From: Chiloscyllium plagiosum
Taxonomy: Eukaryota
Assembly: GCF_004010195.1 (NCBI RefSeq)
Contig: NC_057719.1
Coordinates: 27,711,458 to 27,775,457, forward strand
Direction of reading: 5' to 3'
Length of the DNA stretch: 64,000 nucleotides
In this document: one piece after another, positions 26,198 through 39,195 of the stretch
Layout: each line of letters starts with the position of its first letter
Position numbering within the stretch: the stretch's first letter is position 1
Notes under the pieces: generated by a model
Seen by the model: the letters and a program-made list of their open reading frames with translations, nothing else
What the model was told of the DNA's origin: nothing
The model's database searches: none
Translations under genes and position numbers: made by a program

Positions 26198-27700
26198 AGT
26201 TAGAAATCACACAACACCAGATTATAGTCCAACAGGTTTATTTGGAAGCACTAGCTTTCAGAGCACTGCTCCTTCATCAGGTGGTTGTAGAGTATAAGAT
26301 CATAGGACACAGAATTTATAGCAAAAGTTTAAAGTGTGATGTAAATGAAATTATATATCGAAAAAGACCTGGATTGTTTGTTAAGTCTCTTATCTTTTAG
26401 AATGGGCATGTTGGTTCAGTTCTTTCGTATGTAAATTCTAGATCTTTCTTAAGATTACATTCTTAAGTGAATTTTAACAATAGGTGCCATGTCAGTCGAA
26501 ATAATGCATTGAGGTGCCCTGTCTTTGACGCAATGTTCAGAATGATTCTAATATAAAAAAGGGATTTACAGAATCTTATATGGATTCATGCAGATTTTTG
26601 AGCAAAATAAAATGTAATTCTACAAGTACAAATTCACCCCACAAACTTATATGCGAGTGTGCATGGGTGTGTGTGGGGGGGGGTTGGGTCATGAGTGTCT
26701 ATGAGAGTGTGTATGTGTATGGATGTGAATGTCAGTGTAAAGGGGTGTGTGAGAGGGTGCTCGTGGGAGTGTATGTGTGAGCTTATGAGAGCTAGCTTGT
26801 GTATCAGAGAAACTCTGTGTGAGTGTGTGTGTGCATAGTGTAGTGCGGTCACCTGTAGTGTGACGTGAACCCAAGGTCCCGGTTGAGACCATCCCCATGG
26901 GTACCAAACTTGGCTATCAGCCTCTGCTCAGCCACTTTTCCTTGTTGCCTTCTCAAAGTCTGTCTTGGAGGACCTTTGGTCACCCAAAGGTCCAAGGTTG
27001 AATGTCCTGTACCACTGAAGTGTTCTCCGACTGGGAGGGAACATTCCTGTCTGTTGATTGTTATGCCGTGTCCATTCATTCGTTGCCGTAGTCTCTGTTT
27101 GGTGTCACCAATCTACCATACCTCAGGGCATTTTGCCTGCAGTATGTGAGATAGACATGGTTGGCTGAATCGCATGAGTACCTGCCACGTGCATGTCCCC
27201 ACATGTAATGATGGTATCTGTGTCGAGACTCTGACACATGTTGGAATGTTTACCGTGACAAGACTGTATGGTATTGTCCTGAAAGTCGGGCAGTTTGCTG
27301 CGAACAATGATCACAGAGAGGTGTGTTCCCTCCCAGTCAGAGAACACTTCAGTGGTCTGGGACCTCGGACCTTCTGTGACCATCCTCCAAGATACACTTT
27401 GGGATAGGCAACAACGCAAAGAGGCCGAGCAGAGGCTGATAGCCAAGTTCGGTACCTATGGCGATGGCCTCAACTGGGACCTTAGGTTCATGTCACACTA
27501 CAGGTGACCCCACTGCATGACACACATATTCAGTCAAAAACAAAGTTAAAAATCACAGAACACCAGGTTATAGTCCAACAGGTTTAATTGGAAGCACACT
27601 AGCTTTCGGAGCGCCCCCCCCCCCCCTTCATCAGGTGGTTGTGGAGGGCACAATTGTCAGACACAGAACTTATAGCAAAAGTTTACAGTGTGATATAACT
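26198..27700 (-). mobile_element. Penelope-like element (second family): GIY-YIG end with an inverted duplicate and terminal repeats
   Basis: PVGEHFS...AEQRLIAKFGTHGDGLNRDLGF on the minus strand (26849-27079) and the same peptide on the plus strand (27295-27507). Terminal repeat aaatcacacaacaccag.ttatagtccaacagg at about 26203 and 27550. Confidence 0.8.
26249..26283 (-). ncRNA. Minimal hammerhead-ribozyme-like core (AGCT helix III variant)
   Basis: Minus strand reads cac-CTGATGA-A-GGAGCagtGCTCT-GAAAG-CTA-gtg. Confidence 0.6.
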
Positions 27701-28556
27701 AACTATAACTGTCTGCATTCAGGAAAAGTAAAAGAAGCCAAGTTCAAGATGTTGTTGCATTACTGAAGCCAGAAACATATGAACATTTAACATACTGTTA
27801 GGGTGAAAGGAAAGGCTGGTAGATGTAGAGAATACTAGATGACTAGGGAAATTGAGGGTTTGGTTAAGAAAAAGAAGGTACAGACAGGAGAGATTGAGTG
27901 AATCCTTAGAAAAGTATAAATGCAGTAGGAGTATATTTAAGAGGGAAATCAGGAGGGCATAAAGGGAACATGAGATAGCTTTGGCAAATAGAGTAAAGGA
28001 GTACCCAAAGGGTTTTTAACAATATATTAAGGACAAAAGGGTAACTATGGAGAGAATAGGGCCCCTCAAAGATCAGCAAGGTGGACTTTGTATGGAGCCG
28101 CAGGAGATGGGGAAAGATACTAAACGAGTATTTTGCATCAGTGTTGACTGTAGAGAAGGACATGGAAGGTACAGAATGTGGGGAAATAGATGGTGACACC
28201 TTAAAAAATGTCTATATAACAAAGGAGGAAGAGCTGTATGTCTTGAAAGGCATAAAGGTGGATAAATCCCCAGGACCTGATCAGGTGTACTCTAGAATTC
28301 TGTGGGTAGCTAGGGAAGTGATTGCTGGACCCCTTGCTGAGATATTTGTATCATTGACAGGTGAGGTGCCAGAAGACTGGAGGTTGACAAACGTGGCGTC
28401 ACAATTTAAGGAAGGTGGTAAGGACAAGCCAGGGAACTGTAGACCAGTGAGCCTGACGTCCGTGGTGGGCAAGTTATTGGAGGGAATCCTGAGGTACAGG
28501 ATGTTCATGTATTTGGAAAGGCAAGGACTGATTAGGGATAGTCAACATGGCTTTGC

Positions 28557-29632
28557 TAAAACAATGACTGCAGATGCTGGAAACCAGACTCCAGACTAGT
28601 GGTGCTGGAAGAGCACAGCAGCCCAGGCAGCACCCGAGGAGCAGCAAAGTCGCGCTTCGGGCAAAAGCCCTTCATCAGGAATACAGGCAGAGATCCTGAA
28701 GAGAGATAAGTGAGAGGAGGGCGGGGGTAGGGAGAAAGTAGCATAGAGTACAATAGGCGAGTGGGGGAGGGGATGAANNNNNNNNNNNNNNNNNNNNNNN
28801 NNNNNNNNNNNNNNNNNNNNNNNNNNNNNNNNNNNNNNNNNNNNNNNNNNNNNNNNNNNNNNNNNNNNNNNNNNNNNNNNNNNNNNNNNNNNNNNNNNNN
28901 NNNNNNNNNNNNNNNNNNNNNNNNNNNNNNNNNNNNNNNNNNNNNNNNNNNNNNNNNNNNNNNNNNNNNNNNNNNNNNNNNNNNNNNNNNNNNNNNNNNN
29001 NNNNNNNNNNNNNNNNNNNNNNNNNNNNNNNNNNNNNNNNNNNNNNNNNNNNNNNNNNNNNNNNNNNNNNNNNNNNNNNNNNNNNNNNNNNNNNNNNNNN
29101 NNNNNNNNNNNNNNNNNNNNNNNNNNNNNNNNNNNNNNNNNNNNNNNNNNNNNNNNNNNNNNNNNNNNNNNNNNNNNNNNNNNNNNNNNNAATATATCCC
29201 TCGTGGTGGGGTCTGTTTGGAGGTGGCGGAAATGTCGGTGGATGATTTGGTTTATGCGAAGGTTGGTGGGGTGGAAGGTGAGCACCAGGGGCGTTCTGTC
29301 CTTGTTACGGTTGGAGGGGTGGGGTCTGAGGGCGGAGGTGCGGGATGTGGACGAGATGCGTTGGAGGGCATCTTTAATCACGTGGGAAGGGAAATTGTGG
29401 TCTCTAAAGAAGGAGGCCATCTGGTGTGTTCTGTGGTGGAACTGGTCCTCCTGGGAGCGATACGGCGGAGGCGGAGGAATTGGGAATATGGGATGGCATT
29501 TTTGCAGGAGGTAGGGTGGGAAGAGGTGTAATCCAGATAGCTGTGGGATTCGGTGGGTTTGTAAAAAATGTCGGTGTCAAGTCAGTCGTCATTAATGGAG
29601 ATGGAGAGGTCCAGGAAGGGGAGAGAGGTGTC
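28557..29632 (-). mobile_element. Penelope-like element (RT C-terminus to terminal repeat) nested in CR1; contains N gap 28778-29190
   Basis: MASFFRDHNFPSHVIKDALQRISS...PLVLTFHPTNLRI. The CR1 is interrupted between ggctttg and catgggaaatc. Confidence 0.85.
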
Positions 29633-30065
29633 ATGGGAAATCATGTCTCACAAACTTGATTGAGTTTTTTTGAAGAATAACAAAGAGGACTGATGACAGC
29701 AGAGTGATGGACGTGATCTATATGGACTTCAATAAGGCGTTTGACAAAGTTCCCCATGGGAGACTGCTTAGCAAGGTTAGATCTCTTGGATTACAGGGAG
29801 AACTAGCCATTTGGATACAGAACTGACTCAAAGGTAGAACATAGAGGGTGGAAGTGGAGGGTTGTTTTTCAGACTGGAGGCCTGTGACCAGTGGAGTGCC
29901 ACAAGGATTAGTGATGGATCTACTACTTTTCATCATTTATATAAATGATTTGGATGTGAGCAAAAGAGGTACAGTTAGTAAGTTTGCAGATGACACCAAA
30001 ATTGGAGGTGTAGTTGACAGCGAAGCAAGTTACCTCAGATTACAACAGGATCTTGATCAGATGGG

Positions 30066-30231
30066 AGAAAGTGAGGACTGCAGATGCTGGAGATCAGAGC
30101 TTAAAAATGTGTTGCTGGAAAAGCGCAGGTCAGGCAGCATCAAAGGAGCAGGAGAATCGACGTTTCGGGCATAATGCTGTTCCTTAATGCTGCCTGACCT
30201 GCTGTGCTTTTACAGCAACACATTTTTAAGC
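30066..30231. mobile_element. Fold-back Penelope-terminus insertion in CR1, 15-bp TSD
   Basis: TSD tcttgatcagatggg at 30051-30065 and 30232-30246, with inverted arms. Confidence 0.9.
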
Positions 30232-31676
30232 TCTTGATCAGATGGGCTAATTGGCTGAGGAGTGACAGATGTAAATTAATTTAGATAAATGCGAGGTGCT
30301 GCATTTTGGGAAAACAAATCTTAGCAGGACTTATACAATGAATGGTAAGGTCCTAGGGAGTGTTGCTGAATAAAGAGATCTTGGAGTGCATAGCTCTTTG
30401 AAAGTGGAGTCACAGGTAGTTAGGATAGTGAAAAAGGCATTTAGTACGCTCTCAAGAGTATTCAGTACAGGAGTTGGGAGGTCATGTTGTGGCTGAACAG
30501 GACTTTGGTTAGGCCACGTTTGGAATATTGCATGCAATTCTGGTCCCCTCCCTATTGGAAGGTTGTTGTGAAACTTGAAATTGTTCAGGAAAGATTTACA
30601 AGGATTTGAGCTATAGGGAGAGGCTGAACAGGCTGGGGGTGTTTTCCCTAGAGCGTCAGAGGCTGAGGGGTGACCTTACAGAAGTTTATAAAATCACGAG
30701 TGACAGGGTTAGGATAAATAGACAAAGTCTCTTCCTTGAGGTGGGGAGTCCAGAACTAGAGGACATAGGTTTAGGGTGAGAGAGGAAAGAGACGTAAGGG
30801 GCAACTTTTTCACACAGAGGGTGGTGCATGTATGGAATGAGCTGCCAGAGGAAACTGGTACAATTCCAACATTTAAAAGGCATCTGAATGGGTACATGAG
30901 TTGGAAGTCAGTAAATGAGGGATATGGGCCAAATGCTTGCAAATGGGACTAGATTAGGTTGGATATCTTGTCCGCATGGACGAGTTGGGCTGAAGGGTCT
31001 GTTTCTGTTCTGTACATCTCTATGGTTCTATGACTATATGAATTCAGAGCAGGATTAGGCCACTCAACACCTTGAGTATGCATTCAGTAAAAATCACGCG
31101 ACATTGCTGTGACTCCCCAACCCCCAAAACCTTTCACCCCTCCTTGTTTACCTCTGCCTTTAAATTATTCAAAGACTCTGGGCTCAATCTTGAGCGTTTT
31201 GGTTAAGTCCAACTTGCATCAGGTTATTTGGAAGGCTCATCAGTGTCTCTGTGAAACCTCCCACCATACTTTACCAAATCTATATACCAACTCTGCCCCA
31301 CAGCATCGCTCAAGCCTGAATTCTACCTTTCAGCGCACACCATTTCTCAAACAACTCACCCCCCCCCCCCCCCAGGTGATATCTGTCAAAGGACTGGCAT
31401 TTCTTGTACCTATGCCATCTTTACAAAGGCGGCAGTGCATCCAGAGGAGTACTGGTGATCCAAAGCGCCCCTGCTCATTGATGGACTGTGTCAAAATAAG
31501 GTGAAGATGGCACTGCATTTCTCTGACAAGGACGGGTCCTCCTCCCTGACCTTGGAGGATGAGAATATGGAGGCTTCAGAGGAAGCATCAGCAATACTGC
31601 CTCCTGCACCATAATCGCTCCCCCCACCCCCCAGCCCAACCTGCTCAGATACTGAGAACTTAGTAAGAACCCTAGC

Positions 31677-31990
31677 CATAGGATCATCGAATTCCTACAG
31701 CATGAAGGCAGGCCATTCAGCCCATTGAGTTCACATTGACTCTTCAAAGAGCATACCTACCCCACTTACACTGCATTTCACAAGGCTAACCCAGCTAGCC
31801 AGCACATCCCTGAACACAATGGGCAATTTAGCATGGCCAATCCACCAAACCTGTAAATCCTTGGTCCATGGGAGGAAACCCTTGCAGAGGCAGGAAGAAC
31901 ATGCAAAGAACATAGTCGCCTGAGGGTAGAATTGAACCTGGATTCCTAGCACAGTTAGACAGCAGTGCTAACCACTGAGCCACCATCCCA
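31677..31990 (-). mobile_element. HE1-type V-SINE (diverged)
   Basis: cagtgctaaccactgagccacc head and gggcaatttagcatggccaatccacc core. Confidence 0.8.
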
Positions 31991-33209
31991 ACCGTAGACA
32001 GTGTGTGTTAGCACACAATCCAATGAGCAACTCACAGTGACTGCTGCCCAAGAAAGAAATTCCCCAGGTTGCAGGCATTCAAGCAACTGTGGAGACCTGG
32101 CACCTGCTCAGGCCAGGGCAGATGATGACCCTGTGGTGTCTGCAATCGGTGATTTCACTTAACAAACAGAAACTTCTACAGAAATGCAGGGGTCTGAGAT
32201 CTTGGCAAGGCTCAGCAAAACAAGGCAAGAATGACTTAAGGATGCAAGTAGATGCCAATTAAGCAAGCACTAAGTCAACAAGGGGCCATCCTGGAAATGC
32301 AGGGTTGGTGAGGTCTATGCCTTTCCCTGTTCTCAAAGTGTTCCTGTCACAGCTTTTCAATGCTAGTTGCTGGTGTGCTCAGCAATGCAAATCTGCACTT
32401 CCATATTGCACTGCCAGTGAGTAGAAGTACCAAAATTGTCACAATGGATTGCCACATTAAGGAAGGGAGCATGTGGCTGGTACCCATGGATTGTGTTCTG
32501 CACTGCTGTTTGCTCATAGGTTACATGGACGTCATTTCGAGTAAACGGTGAGCTAAATTCATCAGGCACATGTTCTGGCTTCTTTGTTGAGTTTTTCTGG
32601 CATCTAGCTAGTTTGGCAAGTTTGGTACGATAGGAAACAAAATATTGATGAGGTAAGTTGTGGTGTTAACAAAGTGTTGAACAAGTGTTAATCCCTGTCA
32701 ATTGGTATCTTGCTGCTGCCCAGTGAGAACCTTGCCATATGATTTGTAATGACATAAGATGATCTTGACATTGAGATGGGCTTCGCCACATTTGATTATG
32801 CCCATCGTCTTGCCAAGAGTTCCAAATACTCTCAACCCTGAGAGAAGAAAAAAATTCTCCACGTATCTTAAATGGGCAATCCCTATCTTGAAACAGTAAA
32901 CAAGAGTTACTATGGGTGCACTTACAGCTTCCACATTAACCCATAACCATCAGCAGTTCAACCATACAATTCTCATCCACATGGTGTTGTTGGCTGAAAC
33001 ATTGATCCTTAAGTGAAAATATGCATAACTATCAGTTGTTTAACCAGGGATACTATACCATTCATTGAGGTGTAGCAAGTCTCCAATACCCTAGTAGCAC
33101 TAAATCATTGAACTTCTAACAACCAACAGGCACAAATTTGACAGGTGCAACATTATGCCCTTGTTATCAATGATTTCAACCAGTTGTACATTCAATATAG
33201 ACATATCAC

Positions 33210-35330
33210 GAAATAGAAATGATTAAGAACTTTATTAACTAATGGTGGAAGATACAAAGGAAAATAGTAGTTTAAAATGAAACCTCATACGCTACAATAT
33301 TTTAATTCAACTAAAAAAAAATCCGTGTTCATTCAGGTTACAATTTAGAAAATAAATAACTCAGTGAAAAAGAATTATTTTAGCTTGTCACAATTTTCAG
33401 AAATACAAACTTAGGAGGCAGTCAAGATTGTGTACTAAAATGATTGATAAATTGTATCCAAACGAGCAATTTTGTATTGGAGTGACATGCTGTATTTTAG
33501 AATTAGAAACCACTGAGAGTTAGAGTACAGGTTTGAATTGCAGTTAAACCAATCGGATGAACAGGTCTGCTTTCTGGTAGAGTTTCAGAGTGATCCCACT
33601 AAATATGAAAACATAAGACAATAATGACGTGTGGTTAATCTTAAAACTGATAGATTAAGAAGGAAAATAATACTAGTACAGTTGAAAATCTCTGCTGTTA
33701 CAAATACTACTGAAACATAGCACTGTATCTGACTGTGTGTTGACTTACCACTAAGTATCTAAAATGTTCAAAAGTAGTTTAACTATTTAGGGGAAAAAAA
33801 ACTTGTGCATTCTGCTGATACAGTTTTAATTCAGTAACCGATCTCAAAGCTTTTACCACACTGAGATAATTCTGTATTGTTTACAGCCACTCCATTCAAG
33901 AAACAGGAGGAAAACTGATTCAATTGCAGCATGTGTACACTGAAACAAGCAGTTTAAATGAATTATTTACATTTTCCAGTGACAATTGCACTGACCAGAA
34001 TACATCCAAATAAGCTCCAAGCTTGATTTGTGGTCAGTCTCAAGTTGCCATTTCTCTGTCAGAGATGATGTTAATATTGGCCTCTATATTCAAAGGGTGC
34101 ATATGGGAAGCACTAATCACAAACCAATGCGCTGCATTGTGAAAGCAAGCAAATGAATATCAAGGATAAGATCAGTGAAGACCTTGTACAATTAATCTGT
34201 TGACATTTGCTTTTCAGTAACACTCGTGAAAGATGACTTCAGTTAAATTTTAAAGATCACCACCAACCATGAACCTGAAATCCAGATGAAGAGGTGAAAT
34301 GGTGGAAACATGGCAGGACCTACAAGCCATATATCTTTAACATCATTAAATACTCATTACAATCATAATAGCAGCTGCTGAATGCTACGACAATCATATT
34401 CTTTTATGTAATAAAGTGCATTGGAATACACTGACATATGGATTGGGACAACATTGAGATAAGAGAAACAGTGCACAATTTCCAATGTTACTAGCTTGTT
34501 ATGCAATAAATTCAGATTCAGTGCATATCTGTACAACATGAATCTGAGTTTTGACTGACCTATTGAAAACCATTGTTCAGCATCACATATTCAATGTTGA
34601 CTCCTCCGTAGTAAATTAACTGAAGAAAGTATTGCACAGAAAAGAAGGATGTCATTTTAAAAAAAGTTAGCTACTGATAATTTTGCATATGAGAGTGAAC
34701 CTGTCCACCTGGTTGTGATGAAGATTAACTAGAAGAGAAGAAACCATAGCTGCGCCCAGCACCGTCTTCTCAGGATGGAATAACATGAACATGAGCAGGT
34801 CCGCAATAAAGTGAACGTATAACGTCAAGTTAAATAACATTTTAGTTTTTAAGTATTAGCTTGGAGATAGGAGATTGAAATATCCCAAAAATAAAGTTAG
34901 AACAGATCCAAAATACAATTTCTAAAAGTCTCATGCCGACCAGCTGGTATGCAGAAGTATGATGCCACAGTAACCGAACAACAGAAGTAACACTTTCCCA
35001 AAATGTTACCCGAATGATGAAAATCTGACCTGATAAAAAAAGGTCAAATCATACCTTCCTACATTTAATATTAAACAGAATAAAACACAAAACATACAAG
35101 GCATATAAACAGAAAAGAGATCTTTTACAATTCATGAGTTATTGCTACATAACAGTGTATTATATCTAAAATCACAAGGAAATGTTATTCATCTATTTTT
35201 ACCAAATATAAAAGTAGCACTTTGTGGCTGATTCAGTAATCATGCTTTGATCCATTCAGCTTTCACTTTTGATCACATTACTGGAGCTGTCGGGATTACT
35301 TGTAGTAGGTAAAGTTATTTTACATCCATT
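33210..35330 (-). other. SNAPC1: Probable SNAPC1 3' UTR (about 2.1 kb)
   Basis: AT-rich stretch after the stop with no recognisable repeats, ending near an AATAAA (minus strand, 33236-33231). Confidence 0.55.
33231..33236 (-). terminator. Polyadenylation signal AATAAA (candidate SNAPC1 3' end)
   Basis: tttatt on the + strand at 33231-33236, followed on the minus strand by T-rich sequence. Confidence 0.5.
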
Positions 35331-35368
35331 TTAACGCTTCTGCCTTCTCCTCTTGGTTGGTGGAGAAT
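35331..35368 (-). CDS. SNAPC1: SNAPC1 terminal coding exon: (D)SPPTKRRRQKR*
   Basis: Acceptor tttgtttgtag, phase-1 start compatible with exon 8. Basic NLS-like tail resembles human ...SKKRRKH*. TAA at 35333-35331. Confidence 0.8.
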
Positions 35369-36711
35369 CTACAAACAAATGCAAAGTTAGTGTGAGGCAT
35401 CTGTAATTCAACTAAAACAAACAATCCAGCTTAACACAATCAATTGCTGGACTGAAGTAATGTACTGATTACCCTAAGGAATATCAATTTTTGAAATAAT
35501 CTCAGGAGTGACTGGAGAATGTAAACACACCTCCAAAAGGATTTTCAGTCAGAAACCCACCATAAAACCTGAAAATGTGCTGTGTTGGAATTAAGCAAGA
35601 TCATTCCTAGTATTTCTGCCATCAGTCATGAAGATACTAATCTCAAATTGGACTGTAATTTAACAGCATGTAAATGAAGGGATAACTGGATTAAAACTTC
35701 AGTTTCTAACTGAAAGCACAACAACAATACAGCACCACAAATGAGGAAAAGATTGCTAACTGGAGTCTCAGCAATGATGTGGGAGCAAATTTGTCCACTT
35801 GTTCTTTCAGGAATGCTGTGTAACTGCAATAAACAAACTATCCAGGCCACACGTCCATATTTCCATTTGGACAGCCAGAACATCTGAAGTCGCCATCAGT
35901 CATCACAGACCAGAATTAAAGCACATAAGGCCTTGACTGGAAACAAGAGGAGATTTGGAAATCTTGCTCAGCGTACGGTATCATTCATCACAAATGGCAA
36001 GAATCCAGATGTGGCATTTGGGAATTAAGAATGAGATCTTGGGATGGTGAAGCAGCTTTTTTCATTCAGATGAATGGAGAGGTGAAGAAAGAGCAACTGG
36101 AAGCTCTGGGGGAGGCGAGTCTAGTGGTCACTGAGAACACTAAACATGTTAATTAGTTAATTTCAGGGGAAAACAAAATTGGTTGTGAAGTATGAGAAAG
36201 AAAGCTCTTAAAATTAACCACGTTAATGTTTTCCAGGGAATATTCTGCATATCAATAAATGCAAAAGCTAGGAGATAAATCTGCATTTCTACAGACTTAG
36301 AGCTAACTAAACAATTCCCATTTTTAAGGTAAATATAAACATTAATAAATAAATGTATAAGAAATGGAAGTGAGCAGCAGATTAGACTACATCCCTGGAC
36401 AGAAAGACAGTTAATGTTTCAAGTCTGTGATCTGCAAACCCTCTACTTATTATTAAGCAATTTAACACTTTAATTCTTCTACACTACGTAACAGAACAGT
36501 TCTAGGAACCGGAGTAGGTCATTCAGCCCCTTGAGCCTGTTCCACCATTCAATGAGATCATGGTTGATCTATGGCCTAACTGGGTTACATAATGCAAGCT
36601 GCAACTAAGCACTGGCTTTGTCATATAAAGATTAATGAGTCCTTAGTCCATGTCAACATCACAGTGCATAACTGAAGGAGTTATGTCATCAGAGGTGCCA
36701 TCTATCAGATG

Positions 36712-37047
36712 AGGGTGGCACATTGGCTCAGTGATTAGCACTGCTGCCTCACAGTGCCAGGGACCCAGGTTTGATTCCAGCCTCGGGTGACTGTCTGCGT
36801 GAAATTTGCATATTCTCCCAGTGTGTGGGGGTTTCCTCTGGGGGCTTCGGTTTCCTCCCACACTCCAAAGGTGTGCAGGTTAGGTGAATTGGCATTGCTA
36901 AATTGCCCAGAGTGTTCAGGGGTGTGTAGATTAGAGGCATTAGTCAGGGGAAATGTAGAGTAATAGGTCTGGGTGGGGTACTCCCAGAGGATCAGTGTGG
37001 ACTTGTTGGGCCAAATGGTCTATTTCCATATTGTAGGGATTCTATGA
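36712..37047 (+). mobile_element. HE1-type V-SINE
   Basis: ggtggcacattggctcagtgattagcactgctgcctcacagtgccagggacccaggtttgattcc...gggattctatg. Confidence 0.9.
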
Positions 37048-37099
37048 AATGAACATAGGGATTGACTAAGAGGGGGGAAATAGAGTAAGAAACTAATGA

Positions 37100-37370
37100 T
37101 GTGGAGGAGCCGGTGTTGGACTGGGGTGGACAAATTTTAAAATGTTAAAGTTGCTGCAACCCATTCTAAAAAATGAAAGACTTAACAATCCAGGTTTGTT
37201 CAAAATATATCATTTCAGTTGCATGACACTATAATCTTTTCTTAGAAATTCTGTGACTTATGATCTTATACTCCATACCCACCCGAAGAAGGAGCAGCGC
37301 TCCGAAAACTAGTGCTTCCAAGTAAACCTGTTGAACTATAGCCTGTTGTTGTGTGCTTTTTAACTTTGTA
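37100..37370 (+). mobile_element. Penelope terminal-repeat fragment (second family) with a mutated hammerhead-like core
   Basis: Reverse complement of the 26198 terminal repeat; ccgaagaaggagcagcgctccgaaaactagtg at about 37283-37314. Confidence 0.7.
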
Positions 37371-37707
37371 ACTAAGTAAGTTTGTGGAGAACATACAAAC
37401 TGATTATAAAAGCTCCTACAGATATCTGAGGAGAAAAATATTACTGAAGAAAAATAATGTCTTTTACAATCAGAAACAAAGAGATGGTAGACTAATTAAA
37501 TACATATTTCGGAATTATTCTCATAAAAGGAGGACACAAATAACGTCCCAAAAAACATTGGTGCATTCAGAGTCCAGTGTTACAACAAGGACATCAAGCC
37601 AAACTAAATCAGTCTCACTGACACTGGATCTGTAACACCATGAAATTAAAACATTCAATGATCCTCAAAACTGTTCAATTGTTTCTAAACAGACTTTAAA
37701 AATAATA

Positions 37708-39195
37708 GATAGAGTCAAAGAGAATTACAGCATGGAAACAGACCCTTCGGTCCAACCCGTCAATGCTGACCAGATATCCCAACCCAATCCAGTCCCACCT
37801 GCCAGCACCTGGCCCACATCTCCACAAACCCCTCCTATTCATATATCCATCCAAATGCCGTTTAAATGTTGCAATTGTACCAGCCTCCACCACTTCCTCT
37901 GGCAGCTCATTCCATACACATACCACCTTCTGTGTGGAAAAAGTTGCCCCTTAGGTCTCTTTTATGTCTTTCCCATCTCACCCTAAACCTACGCCCTCTA
38001 GTTCTGGACACCCCAACCCCAGGAAAAACTTTGTCTATTTACCTTATCTATACCCCTCATAATTTTGTAAGCCTCTATAAGGTCAACCCTCAGCCTCCGA
38101 AACTCCAGGGAAAAATAGCCCAAGCCTGTTCAGCCTCTCCCCATAGCTCAAATCCTCCAACCCTCGCAACAATATTATAAATCTTTTCTGAACCCTTTCA
38201 ACTTTCACAACATCTTTCCGATAGGATGGCGACCAGAATTGCACACAATATTCCAACAGTTACCTAACCAATGTCCTGTATAGCCGCAACATGACTTCCC
38301 AACTCTATACTCAATACTCTGACCAATAAAAGAAAGCATACCAAACACCTTCTTCACTATCCTATCTACCTGCGACTCCACTTTCAAGGAGCTATGAACC
38401 TGCACTCCAGGGTCTCTTTGTTCAGCAACACTCTCTCGGAGTGTCTACCATTAAGTGTGTAAGTCCTGCTAAGATTTGCTTTCCCAAAATACAGCACCTC
38501 GCGTTTATCTGAATTAAACTCCATCTGCCACTTCTCAGTCTACCAGCCCATCTGGTCAAGATCCTGTTGTAATCTGAGGTAACCTTCTTCGTTGTCCACT
38601 ACTCCTTCAATTTTGGTGTCATCTGCAAACTTACTATGCTCGCATCCAAATAATTTGTATAAATGATGAAAAGTAGTGAACCCAGCACCGATCCTTGTGG
38701 CACTCCACAGGTCACAGGCCTCCAGTCTGAAAAACAACCCTTCACCACCACCCTCTATCTTCTATCTTTGAGCCAGTTCTGTATCCAATGGCTAGTTCTC
38801 CCTGTATTCTGTGAGATCTAACCTTGCTAACCAGCCTTCCATGGGGAAGCTTGTCGAACACCTTACTGAAGTCCATGTAGATCACATCTACCGCTCCTTC
38901 TTAAACAGTGGCACCACGTTAGCCAACTTCCAGTCTTTCGGCACCTCACCTGTGACTATCAATGATACAAATATCTCAGGAAGAGGCCCAGCAATCACTT
39001 CTCTAGCTTCCCACAGTGTTCTATGGTACGCCTGATCAGGTCCTGGGGATTTATCCACCTTTATGCATTTCAAGACACCCAGCACTTCCGCCTCTGTAAT
39101 ATGGACATTTTGCAAGGTGTCACCATCTATTTCCCTACAGTCTATATCTTCCATATTCTTTTCCACAGTAAATACTAATGCAAAATACTTGTTTT
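37708..39195 (-). mobile_element. CR1 LINE 3' part with an internal deletion near 38897
   Basis: [35 protein letters not shown]; same family as 27800-31037. Confidence 0.92.

Larger units (their letters stand above)
27800..31037 (+). mobile_element. CR1 LINE (ORF2 RT + 3' tail), 5'-truncated, with two nested Penelope insertions
   Basis: [54 protein letters not shown] motifs and a CR1 3' tail. Confidence 0.92.

Noticed and set aside
28648..28678. Functional hammerhead in the 28557 Penelope copy
   Set aside because: The core reads GAAGCGCG instead of GAAACGTC, so conserved residues and the cleavage triplet are lost.
31090..32640. GC-richer segments (also about 720-1200, 57080-57460, 59780-60410) as exons or a DNA transposon
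   Set aside because: No recognisable protein motif, splice-bounded frame or TIR pair could be established; probably old repeat debris.
36712..36785. tRNA gene (A/B boxes), also at the other SINE heads
   Set aside because: Each continues into a V-SINE core and LINE tail, so these are SINE heads rather than tRNAs.
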